The notes beneath the pieces are model-generated. The model was not told where the DNA came from. It saw only the letters and a program-made list of their open reading frames with translations, and made no database searches. Position numbers and translations under genes: made by a program. From Neoechinorhynchus agilis (Eukaryota > Animalia > Acanthocephala): a stretch of 64,000 bases of DNA. Every line of letters begins with the position of its first letter. Positions within the stretch are counted from its first letter, which is position 1. This document shows positions 22,615 to 34,159 of this stretch, piece after piece. The stretch spans positions 4,000,389 to 4,064,388 of the forward strand of contig CM121343.1 in the NCBI GenBank assembly GCA_051530055.1. Direction: 5' to 3'.

Positions 22615-25600
22615 TCATTGGTTCATTATTAAACTCTCGAGCTCTTCTGCGACAGTGGTCAAGACACGCTTTTCATCCCTTTCGCTCTGTTTGGTTCTAA
22701 GTCCACTTAGAAGGCCCTTATTCTTCTTAAGACCCTCGCGTAGCCTTGGTAGATGGAGAGCGCTACACAACAATACACAGAGTGTCAAAAATGCTCACTT
22801 TTCGACAATAATCAATGCTTTTTTTGGATCGATATGACCAAATCGATCACTATTTTTCCCCGCTTCAGCGAAATATGACGACCAATTCTTTGTGATGGCC
22901 AAATCAAGCAACTAAAATGGTTCAGTGTGCATTTTAGAGGACACTACACTTTTGGAAACCTGTCTAAGTTCTGCGAAACTCTCGAAAACGCTTTGGCCGA
23001 CGGTGTGAGACATTTCATCGACGAATTGCTCACATTGGATCAAATCCAACTCTAATTGTTCAAGAGACGCGTACGAGATGGATCGCACATCAGGATCAAA
23101 GAGTCGTTCGAGTAAGCTATTCGATATGTGTCGACACGTATTAACCAATGCAGTTTTCCTCAATTCAGACTGAAAAATCTTTAAAAAAGACATTTTCGTA
23201 CTTACGGACATTCCTTCAAATGAAGTAAACGTGCTTCTTAAGAAATTTAACAAGTCCACCAAATAACTAGAGGCACAACCAGTCGACTCCAAAAGCATCC
23301 ATTCGTACGATGCTGTTCAAAAAATCGTCGAAAAAAAATTAATAATTGAATTCTAAGCTCAAAAAGAAAAGAAATTTCGAAATACAATGCGCGCGTGGGG
23401 AACGTTGATTGAGTAAAATTCTTCCGTGGTTAGCACAAAGCTGCTGACCTAATTCAAGGAATTGATCCACTGAATGGTTTAGTTGAAGGTAGATCTTTTT
23501 TTGAGCTTCCTGCCTGAATTGCTGGAAAGACCGTTCTTCAGTAAATGGCAACGGTGACTTTCCTGACCTTAAACACGTTGGCACCTTCAAGTTGAATCAT
23601 TTCAGTTGATTTGACAACTTGAGTGACTGCTCTTTCCAGTCCGACCATGAACGCCTCCAGTTGAGACGCATTGATGCAAATTTGAATCAACTACGCGCAT
23701 GTTCACGAGTGACTTGTTTGTTCAATGTGGAAATGTTTACCTGGGTAAGTGTTCGGTTGGAATCGTTCAATACGTGAAGTAAACATTGATGAAGTTTTGT
23801 TGTCATGAGTTCGTTGATTGGATTCCGGATGAGCTCAACGGCACTTGCGTTGGTTTCGTAGAGTCCGTCGGTGTATTGGAAGCACTCGGAGGCGAACAAG
23901 CAAACTGAACAGTACAATTCAGGAACCAGCTGACTGAATCCAAGTTCAAACGGAAACTAGTGGAAGTTTTTCGGATTTCAATGAGGGAGAGAGACCAACT
24001 TTTTGATTGGCAAATTGATCGAATTCAAAGAACGGGTACGCGTCTCGTAAATGCTTAAAGTGTTCAGCCGAGTTCACTTTCATCAGTGTAAACGTATCGT
24101 TGTCGAACATGTTGCGAATTTTAAGCGAATAATCTGACAAAAGTGCGTCGAAGTATGCTGAACTGGCTCCTCGGAGTACCGAGTGTATCTGATTTACTGG
24201 ATAAAAATAGTCCTAGTCCAGAAAAGATGTGGATTCAATTAAAATGAGTCGCGTACCTTCATCGTCTCACAAAACATGAAAAGGGAAAACTTACAATGAA
24301 GCAGGTCCGAAGCAGTTTTGTAATCTCTCTATACACGTACAAAGCTGTTTCGAACTATTTAAGAATTCTTAACTATTAGTCTTTTAATTGTTGATATAAG
24401 ACGTTTTAAAGATATTCTTGTAAGTTCAAAATAAAACTGACTATCGATTAGCCCTCGACTTGTGCATACGATGTAGTCTTCAACAACGAAAAACCTTGGA
24501 AGCGCCAAATCGTTCAAAAACCAATCTATATATATAAACCAACCCCACTGTTCGTAGAAGGAACTTCTTAAATGAAGAAAACGATAGTGTCTAAATAGAA
24601 TAATAGATGTGATGCTCAACAAAAAAAACAATACGGAGGAAATATCGAGAACGGCATTCATTTGTTTCCTCTTTTCGTCTTTATAGCGATCGGACAACAA
24701 ATTAATCGTTCCCTAAAATGCAAAAAATAGAAATAAAGAAAAGAAACGCTTCCTACCAAAGTCACATTGATATTGATGGCTTTGTGGACCGGTGTGGTAT
24801 CCAACAGTTCGTAGACATTAGTTCCCTAGGTAATGATGAAATGTGTGTTTGGGGCGAAAAAATCGAACCTCGGCCACGGAGCCAAATTCAAGTCTATCAA
24901 AAGGGTTATCAGTTTGAATACGGTCAAGGTCTAACAGAGATCTCATTTTCTTTAAGAGGGACTCGTGTTGAAACACAATAGCACCAGCAATATTGTTAAG
25001 AGCGATTTTCCCAATCAATTCCGCTTTTGTTGAAACCTGCTCCAAGAAATTCTTTAAAGTGTCCAATGTATCAGAAAATATGGCATCCCTGAACATCTTC
25101 AATTGTTTAACTATGCATAAAGACCATCTATATCGGAGGACGGCAGGTAGAAGAACTTGATCGATATGTTTTATCAGTTCAATCGCTCTATAATAGTCTT
25201 TGATCGCCATTTGATGTCTTAACTGCCTATAGACTTCAAATATTGGCATTGAAGTCTCAAGAGCGACAATTGTATTCACTATATTGTTCTCGGACAACTT
25301 CGATTGGATTACCAAATCAGTGTTCAAAGATACACGGCCGCATGCATCTGTTAGATCCTGATTGGCTGATACAACCCTTTCCTATTTGCTATCAAACAAG
25401 CACGCGCCAACGACGGTCGACTTTCCCACCTTTAGTGACGTTGCATCCCCCCGAATATTGATCAATTTTTGAAAGGAGTCCACAAAACCCTGATAATGAT
25501 GCTGGCAGACTTTTTCGATGCTTGAATCATGTTGATGGATTCGGCTATTCAAACGAGCCAGAAAATCACGAATGTCGTAGTTTACAAATATGTTCCTAAA

Positions 25601-25753
25601 TACGTTCATCGACGATTTACGGAGAATACACGCTAAAATACACAACCTCAAACTCGATGCCATTTGACCCTCATCCGCCATCTCGAGATCACGAATCGCA
25701 TTCTCAAAGTAGGCTACAGTCGAATCGTCCAGAGAAGACCAACTCAATTCCAT
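22615..25753 (-). CDS. EXOC6: Exocyst complex component 6 (Sec15), about 15 exons
   Basis: Manual splicing with 14 GT-AG introns (mostly 42-55 nt) gives HDSSIEKVCQHHYQGFVD, MAIKDYYRAIELI, DTLKNFLEQV, VGFFVVEDYI, FSQLVPELY, ASSYLVDLLNFLRSTF and LELDLIQCEQF, ending at TGA 22617-22615. ATG 25753. Confidence 0.9.
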
Positions 25754-26482
25754 CTTAAGAAACGTCGAATACCGCTTTTTTACACTCACATTGCGACTTT
25801 AAGACACGGAAGAATCATGTAAGAGGATCAGTAAACTACCGGAATTCCCTCTTTATGCTTCTTAGATCAACTTCAAGATCAGATCCAAGTAAACAGGTTA
25901 TATCGATTCTGTGCTTTTTTTCCGAACGTTGGTTTGTTTTCCTCTTTTTGGATAATAGAAACGGTGGGTTTTGTTGTACATTCCGTAGTCCTGTTTCAAG
26001 GTCAAAAAGGGTTCAAATATGGTCGAAATGCCGTTGAAAAAAAGACTCACTGATGATCTCGCCTAAAGGGAAAAAGCCGAGTAAGGGATGTTCTTTAACA
26101 CTAAATTCCGTTTATTTGCTAGCCTAAGCCATCTTTTCGCCAGTACGGCTCTGAAGTTCACTTTGGCGAAACGATTGCCAGCATTATGTTGCTCATTAAT
26201 TTTCCTTAAAATACAACACCGGTTCTTCTTTCAATCAATCAATTATTGGCACCAATCCGCGAGAGAATCGGTCGATAATCAAGTACAAATCGGCCGCTTT
26301 AAAAATGAGCTAAAGAAGCACGAGTGATGTTATTGTGAATGGTTATCAAAGTCACGAGGATTAAGTATAGATCGCACTTGTTGTGTGATTTTCGATAATC
26401 GTTATTGTCGCTCGTTTTATAGAGAGAGATCGTTAAAAAGCAGACAACACAATCGAACGGTACAAAGTCAAACAATGCAAAA

Positions 26483-27718
26483 TCACCGTTTCTTATTCCG
26501 ATTTAAGACGTTTCTCCTTTGAGACATTCTTTGATTAATATCCTTGAGCTCATCTTCCAGTTTGTTTTGTTCAGTGACCAGTAGTGCTCTCCGCATTCTC
26601 AATTCCTTTAAGCGCAGACCTTTTACTGCATTCTCGTGCTGGATCTTAGAACGAGTTGTTGAACTGCTGCTGCAGTAGTTGGCGACCCTGCCGTGCTTTT
26701 TTTGACGTTCGGGTTTCCTTCGCTTTGATTTACGATAAGATCGATCTTTTCTCACCCGCTTGTGTCTCACGTGAGAGGAAGGACTTCGAGAACAAAGACT
26801 CGATGAACAAGTCGAACACTGGCACACGCTCGAATCACAGGAGGAGCAACTAAAAGGTTTTTTAATGTGAGACAAGGAGCACTTAAAAGAGACTAAAACA
26901 AAGAAACACGATCAAAACCGAGTTTTCGATGTTGTTTTTTGTTATTAACGGGTTACCATGGTCCGAAAAAAAAGAGAGGATGAACCGGAGCTGACCTGGA
27001 GGACGTTGAACAACAGGAACTGCACTCTTTAGCTGAGCGCTTAGTTCGTCGGCGAGATGATACCCGGCAAGGATTTGTCGTGGACGAATTGGTAGAAATC
27101 GATGAGCACTTTGAGCAGGTCCTGGACCTGTCCATTTGGTTCATCGCCCAATCATAGTCTTTCAACGATTTACTGCTGGAAACCAACGGAGGAGTCAGCT
27201 TTTCCATTTTAAGATTCATTCGCTTCTCGTTGAAGTCTTTATCCTCCATTCTTCTCACTTGAGCGCGCTCTCTTCGTTCCTTTGCTCTAAGAAGTGCGGC
27301 ATCCCACGGATTGTCTTCGTCTGTTCTTCGTTCGTCTTCTGGAATACATCGATGAGCGTTGTTAATCTCGTCATCTACGTCATAGATTCGTAATTTATTT
27401 TCTCGCGTATGTACGTGCTGCTTCCCTGCCACGAGCCCGCCGATCTGTACCGAAATTACGAATCGCTGATCCACAATCTCGCCTTCTTCGTGTTCGCCGC
27501 CCGTCTACATGGAGAAGCGGAATCTCGAAGGTTATGCGACACACACAGACCACCGAAATACTCACAGCCTCACGCGTCCACCCGGATTCGTTCGGACTGA
27601 CGTCACAGTCATCATAGTCCAACTCTTCAAGATCGTTATCATCACTCCCAAATTTAGAAACCATGCTGCTTGGATATCTTAAGCCATGCGGAACAGAAGT
27701 CGCCGAGGAGAATGACAT
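26483..27718 (-). CDS. Unassigned multi-exon protein, Ser/Arg/Cys-rich with C-terminal coiled coil
   Basis: Three successive minus-strand ORFs (27395-27718, 26953-27474, 26483-26875) with plausible GT-AG junctions; C-terminal LRLKELRMRRALLVTEQNKLEDELKDINQR heptads. Exon structure not resolved. Confidence 0.5.
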
Positions 27719-28354
27719 TCCCCCCTGAAACGGTGGTCAATGAAGATGTGGACGACGAAATGTCCTCTGAACGTGTTTCGCAAATATGCTCTAGAGAATT
27801 CTTCCGTAGAACACAACATCTTTTGTAAACAGAACGCGCGCGCATTTTGATAAAAGGAAAATGACTAGATCCCTGGGAGCGCGGTTTCCGGAAAGTATCT
27901 CAGGTTTCCTTTGACCTTGAATTCCGTGATGGCGGCGGAGGTCGATCCACTAATTATCCGTCCGGAAAATTCGCCCATTCTTGACTCTCAAGCGCAATTC
28001 TTCCATTCATTGTCCTACTCTCGTAGAAGCTCCCTTTTGTTACCGTGCAGACGGCGTTCGTTCAACTTTGAAATTCATTGAAAATTATACCGTTTCATTA
28101 TTAGGATTATTTATATCCTTCATGATAACATTCGGGTGAAAAGTAATCCTCTTGTTGCGAACGTCGAAAACATTTGCAAACAATGACAATGTTTGAAAAG
28201 GTGGGTTTGGCCCACGAAATATTACAAAATAAAATTGGTTCTCGGGGTGCGAATCGCCACAAGAGGATTAGGATTATTGTTTACAAGTCGTAAACCGGTA
28301 AATAATATGTTAAAGACTTCGGGAGTTCACCATCATCAACTTGTTACTAAATAA

Positions 28355-30712
28355 AAATTATTTACCGCGGATAAAGACTTGTAAACAATAATTCGGTAAT
28401 CATAAACCCTCCCGGTACTTCCTCACATATTGCCACTTGAACTATTTAAAGAAAATTTATTTTAAATACCTGATATCGTCTTGGGAGGACTGGAATTATT
28501 GCTTACAAGTCTTCAGCCGGTAAATAATTTTTTTTATTTAATAACAAACTGACGATTAAGCCTTTTTGCGTTGTTCAAAGAACGTTTTATCAAATTATTT
28601 ACCGCGGATAAAGACTTGTAAACAATAATTCGGTAATCATAAACCCTCCCGGTACTTCCTCACATATCGCCATTTGAACTATTTAAAGAAAATTTATTTT
28701 AAATACCTGATATCGTCTTGGGAGGACTGGAATTATTGTTTACAAGTCTTCAGCCGGTAAATAATTTTTTTATTTAATAACAAACTGACGATGAACCCTT
28801 TTTGCGTTGTTCAAAGAACGTTTTAACAAATTATTTACCGCGGATAAAGACTTGTAAACAATAATTCGTAATCATACAGCCCCCGGTACTTCCTCACATA
28901 TCGCCATTTGAACTATTTTTAGAATATTTATTTTAAATACCTGATATCGTCTTGGGAGGACTGGAATTATTGTTTACAAGTCTTCAGCCGGTAAATAATT
29001 TTTTTATTTAATAACAAACTGACAATGAACCCTTTTTGCGTTGTTCAAATAACGTTTTCACAAATTATTTACCGCGGATGAAGACTTGTAAACAATAATT
29101 CTGTAATCATACAGCCCCCGGTACTTCCTCACATATCGCCATTTGAACTATTTAAAGAAAATTTATTTTAAATACCTGATATCGTCTTGGGAGGACTGGA
29201 ATTATTGTTTACAAGTCTTCAGCCGGCAAATAATTTTTTTATTTAATAACAAACTGACGATTAAGCCTTTTTGCGTTGTTCAAAGAACGTTTTAACAAAT
29301 TATTTACCGCGGATAAAGACTTGTAAACAATAATTCGGTAATCATAAACCCCCCGGTACTTCCTCACATATCGCCATTTGAACTATTTAAAGAAAATTTA
29401 TTTTAAATACCTGATATCGTCTTGGGAGGACTGGAATTATTGTTTACAAGTCTTCAGCCGGTAAATAATTTTTTTATTTAATAACAAACTGACGATTAAG
29501 CCTTTTTGCGTTGTTCAAAGAACGTTTTAACAAATTATTTACCGCGGATAAAGACTTGTAAACAATAATTCGGTAATCATAAACCCCCCGGTACTTCCTC
29601 ACATATCGCCATTTGAACTATTTAAAGAAAATTTATTTTAAATACCTGATATCGTCTTGGGAGGACTGGAATCATTGTTTACAAGTCTTCAGCCGGTAAA
29701 TAATTTTTTTATTTAATAACAAACTGACGATTAACCCTTTTTGCGTTGTTCAAAGAACGTTTTAACAAATTATTTACCGCGGATAAAGACTTGTAAACAA
29801 TAATTCGGTAATCATACAGCCCCCGGTACTTCCTCACATATCGCCATTTGAACTATTTTTAGAATATTTATTTTAAATACCTGATATCGTCTTGGGAGGA
29901 CTGGAATTATTGTTTACAAGTCTTCAGCCGGTAAATAATTTTTTTATTTAATAACAAACTGACGATTAACCCTTTTTGCGTTGTTCAAAGAACGTTTTAA
30001 CAAATTATTTACCGCGGATAAAGACTTGTAAACAATAATTCTGTAATCATACAGCCCCCGGTACTTCCTCACATATCGCCATTTGAACTATTTAAAGAAA
30101 ATTTATTTTAAATACCTGATATCGTCTTGGGAGGACTGGAATCATTGTTTACAAGTCTTCAGCCGGTAAATAATTTATTTAATAACAAACTGACGATTAA
30201 CCCTTTTTGCGTTGTTCAAAGAACGTTTTAACAAATTATTTACCGCGGATAAAGACTTGTAAACAATAATTCTGTAATCATACAGCCCCCGGTACTTCCT
30301 CACATATCGCCATTTGAACTATTTTTAGAATATTTATTTTAAATACCTGATATCGTCTTGGGAGGACTGGAATCATTGTTTACAAGTCTTCAGCCGGTAA
30401 ATAATTTTTTTATTTAATAACAAACTGACAATGAACCCTTTTTGCGTTGTTCAAATAACGTTTTTCACAAATTATTTACCGCGGATGAAGACTTGTAAAC
30501 AATAATTCGGTAATCATACAGCCCCCGGTACTTCCTCACATATCGCCATTTGAACTATTTTTAGAATATTTATTTTAAATACCTGATATCGTCTTGGGAG
30601 GACTGGAATCATTGTTTACTAGTCTTCAGCCGGCAAATAATTTTTTTATTTAATAACAAACTGATGATGAACTCCTTCTACGTGGTTAAAAGAACGTTTT
30701 TAACAAATTATT
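28355..30712. repeat. Tandem array, 235-bp unit, about 10 copies; each unit is a fold-back with a hammerhead-like core in the linker
   Basis: Period 235 (AACGTTTT at 29286, 29521, 29756). Arm AAATTATTTACCG-CGGATA-AAGACTTGTAAACAATAATTC is the imperfect reverse complement of GAATTATTGTTTACAAGTCTT-CAGC-CGGTAAATAATTT. Confidence 0.97.
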
Positions 30713-31757
30713 GATCCAAAGAATTCAGGAATGTTTCGATTCTTTAGCATATTTGTGGCTCAGCCGGATAGATTTTTTAGTATATATTTGAGGTTGCTCA
30801 AATTCCCTTGGCTGATTTGGGCACACAGTCCAATGATTTATTAGCCAGGAAAGAACTGGTCTACGCTAAATACCCACGACCGTACAATTATGAGTCTGTA
30901 CATTCCTACGGATATTCAGATACCTCCCGAGGAGGCGGAACTCATCAGTGAGCTCCCTCTCTTCAACGAAGTATATCGTTCCCTTTGGTTATGGGTCATC
31001 GGCGGTAACGGATTCGAACCCTTGATCAAAACAATTCAGTAATGTTTCGATTCTTTGGCGACGGCTGATAATTTATTTTTCATTGGGCCCATCACCTACC
31101 GATCTGCTTCAGCGATTAAAATAACATTAATACCCCGGCAATGCCGCGGCCATCAAGGAAGCTGCCGAACAATCATAACCTATGGGTAATGCGGATTTGA
31201 TATGACTGCGAAATAGAATTTATACAGAAATTAATCGAATTTGAATACCCATGGGTGAGAGGTGATTTATTAAAAAATTCGAGGTCTCTAATTTAGCTAG
31301 TGCCTTAATATAATTCTTCTCCTTTATTACTACTGTTAAATCGTCGGCATGCATCGTGATTGAACGGCAAATCGAGCAATTACATACTATGTATTGGGAA
31401 ACTAGGCAAAATAAAATAGGCGATAAGGGAGAACCCTGGGGAACTCCTTTGAGTTACCAGTAAACGGGTCGTGTGGGATCATCCGCAAAGATAAACCGCT
31501 TTGAATATAATGTATTGTGGACCATGTGCTCGGAATAAAATGAAACATTTTTGATGGATCGATAATTTCGTCACGTTGCACATTCGGCGTATATGTAAAA
31601 AACAACTAAAAACTTGCCCACGCAGACCGGCAATCGGTTCGGACTGTAACTCGGTTCGTTCATGCGCGCAAATGTAGTTGGGAACAAAAATTGCGCTCTA
31701 GCGAAACCGAAGGAAGAGGTACCGCCAGATCCAAGGGATATTCGACGGAGGATTTTG

Positions 31758-32133
31758 ACCGAAAAAAGTACGGGTCAAGGTCCTCCTGGGCTTCTGACCT
31801 CAAAGTCATGTTTGCCGGCTTCTCGAATCAATTAGCTCGATACCATGATTTCGGTGAGATTGCCAAATGTATCGGTCTTCCGTTATACTGGAAAAGCTTA
31901 CTGTACAGAGCTGTGGGTGGTCGTCGGCGAAGCGAGAACATTACATACGACCAAGTCCACAATGTATGGAGCCGGCTATACGATCGCTGTAATGATCGCT
32001 GTTCGCAATTTCTCACTCTTATCACCGCGGGAAAGTCCAATGAGCGAAACAAGATCGAAAGCAAGGACTGGGATCACTTTATGCTCGACGTGGTAAACAC
32101 ACATCCGGGATTGGAGTTTTTAAAAAAGGCAAA
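31758..32133 (+). pseudogene. Inverted partial copy of PP2A B'' exon 1 (copy of 35737-35362)
   Basis: Reverse complement of the parent from ACCGAAAAAAGTACGGG to AAAAAAGGCAAA; encodes RKKYGSRSSWASDLKVMF...GLEFLKKA. Confidence 0.95.
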
Positions 32134-33029
32134 TAGTAAAAGATCCATTCTTTTGACCATTTCATTTCTTAGAGTGATGTTTACCTTGTACTTTGTAATT
32201 TGTCCTCTTCAGCGATTAGAAACCATACAAATTCCCAGTAAGACATTCGTCCCTGCCTTATCCTTTCCGTGTTGTACACGGCGGCACCGCTGAATATTCG
32301 ATCAATAATTCGTTTTGATATGGCTCTGTTATTATGTTCATAAAGGTCCAAATTTGAAATGAACAAATCGTGATCTGTGTCAATGTCCCAGAATTTACAG
32401 TAAATGACATAAAAGTGCTCATAAGAAAAGTAATCAGTCATTCGATTAATATCATTCTCGGTTTCCAGTTGTTCAATAGAGTCAAGGATATTGCTGTTTC
32501 TTAGTTCTCCAACAGTAATTTTTCCGTTCCATGATCGATTTACACTAAAATAGATTCTAGATATGACCTGTATATGATATGAACGCGTTTCAGAATGAAA
32601 ATAATATGGGAAAAAAGAGGCAAACCGTTATGCAATAGCGAGAAATGAATTCCTTTGCCTTTTTTAAAAACTCCAATCCCGGATGTGTGTTTACCACGTC
32701 GAGCATAAAGTGATCCCAGTCCTTGCTTTCGATCTTGTTTCGCTCATTGGACTTTCCCGCGGTGATAAGAGTGAGAAATTGCGAACAGCGATCATTACAG
32801 CGATCGTATAGCCGGCTCCATACATTGTGGACTTGGTCGTATGTAATGTTCTCGCTTCGCCGACGACCACCCACAGCTCTGTACAGTAAGCTTTTCCAGT
32901 ATAACGGAAGACCGATACATTTGGCAATCTCACCGAAATCATGGTATCGAGCTAATTGATTCGAGAAGCCGGCAAACATGACTTTGAGGTCAGAAGCCCA
33001 GGAGGACCTTGACCCGTACTTTTTTCGGT
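32133..33029 (-). pseudogene. Direct partial copy of PP2A B'' (34841-35737): end of exon 1, intron 1, exon 2, start of intron 2
   Basis: Matches the parent at a constant 2708-bp offset; intron retained; identical ORFs listed at 32181/34889 and 32590/35298. Confidence 0.95.
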
Positions 33030-33114
33030 ACAGTTGTCCGTCGACTTTAGATGATATTTTGAAAGCCGTCCTAGAATTTCATTCTTCGGGTTCTATCGAG
33101 GATCAAAAGCAAAT

Positions 33115-33780
33115 CTTTGTAAATTGATAAGTAAAGATCGGATTCTTAATCATTGCAAGATATCTTTCCTATTCGAGAATATTGGGACGATTTCTCTCGG
33201 TAGCCGAATTTAGTCTTTTCTACCGAAAATGGATATTTTTTAAGCAGATTAAAAGAATCTACAATTTTGAGCACATGAACAAAAGCGAAGCATTGTAAAT
33301 TGAAACGTAAAGATCGGATTAATCATTGCAAGATATCTTTCCTATTCGAGAATATTGGGACAATTTCTCTCGGTAGCCGAATTTAGTTTTTTCTACCGAA
33401 AATGAATATTTTTAAGCAGATTAAAAGAATCTAATATATTGAGCACATGAACAAAAGCAAAGCATTGTAAATTGATACGTAAGGATCGAATTCTAAATCA
33501 TTTCAAGATATCTTTCCTATTCGAGAATATTGGAACAATTTCTCTCGGCAGCCGAATTTAATTTTTTTATTCTGAAAATGGATATTTTTAAGCAGATTAA
33601 AAGAATCTACAATATTGAGCACATGAAAAAAAGCAAAGCATTGTAAATTGATACGTAAGGATCGAATTCTAAATCATTTCAAGATATCTTTCCTATTCGA
33701 GAATATTGGGACGATTTCCCTCGGCAGCCGAATTTAATTTTTTTTCTGAAAATGGATATTTTTGAAGAACGCTAAAAGAA
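33115..33780. repeat. Tandem array, ~175-bp unit, about 3.7 copies
   Basis: CATT(G/T)CAAGATATCTTTCCTATTCGAGAATATTGG at 33151, 33324, 33499 and 33675. Confidence 0.93.
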
Positions 33781-34159
33781 TTCAGTTTCTTAAGCACTAA
33801 AATATGCCAAATCTACAATTGTTAATTGTGCTTTTGGAATTTATATGGTGTGAATTTTCGAACTAGGACTTGATTCAGGTTGAGGGTTGGAAAGGAGAAT
33901 TCGATTCTACAAATTCTTTGAAAATCGCTTTGCTTAGTGTAGGGAGTTTGGACCGATTCTCTAATCTTGTTTACCTCTATTGGAAGCAAAAGAAAACATA
34001 ACTATTTATAACAACAAACGGGAACTCAAGGACGTAATGTTACAGATTGGAGAAGTTTACCACGGCTTTTCCAGTTGAATGTGCAGTTGTGGACGCCTTA
34101 TTTGCTTTGTCTTCATTGGTTAGATTATCCTTGTCGGTACTATTTTGAGCATATAAGTA

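Noticed and set aside
30995-31075. B-box GGTTCGAATCC on the minus strand, possible tRNA
   Set aside because: No A-box, acceptor stem or anticodon arm could be built.
31691-32293. 200-aa chimeric ORF across the PP2A inversion junction
   Set aside because: TTG start and an antisense-derived tail; explained by the rearrangement, with no evidence it is a gene.
33040-33100. Hammerhead-like CCGAAGA-A-TGAAA...TTTCA-AAA upstream of PP2A copy 2 (minus strand)
   Set aside because: U4 and G12 of the core are missing and stem I does not pair; probably chance in AT-rich DNA.
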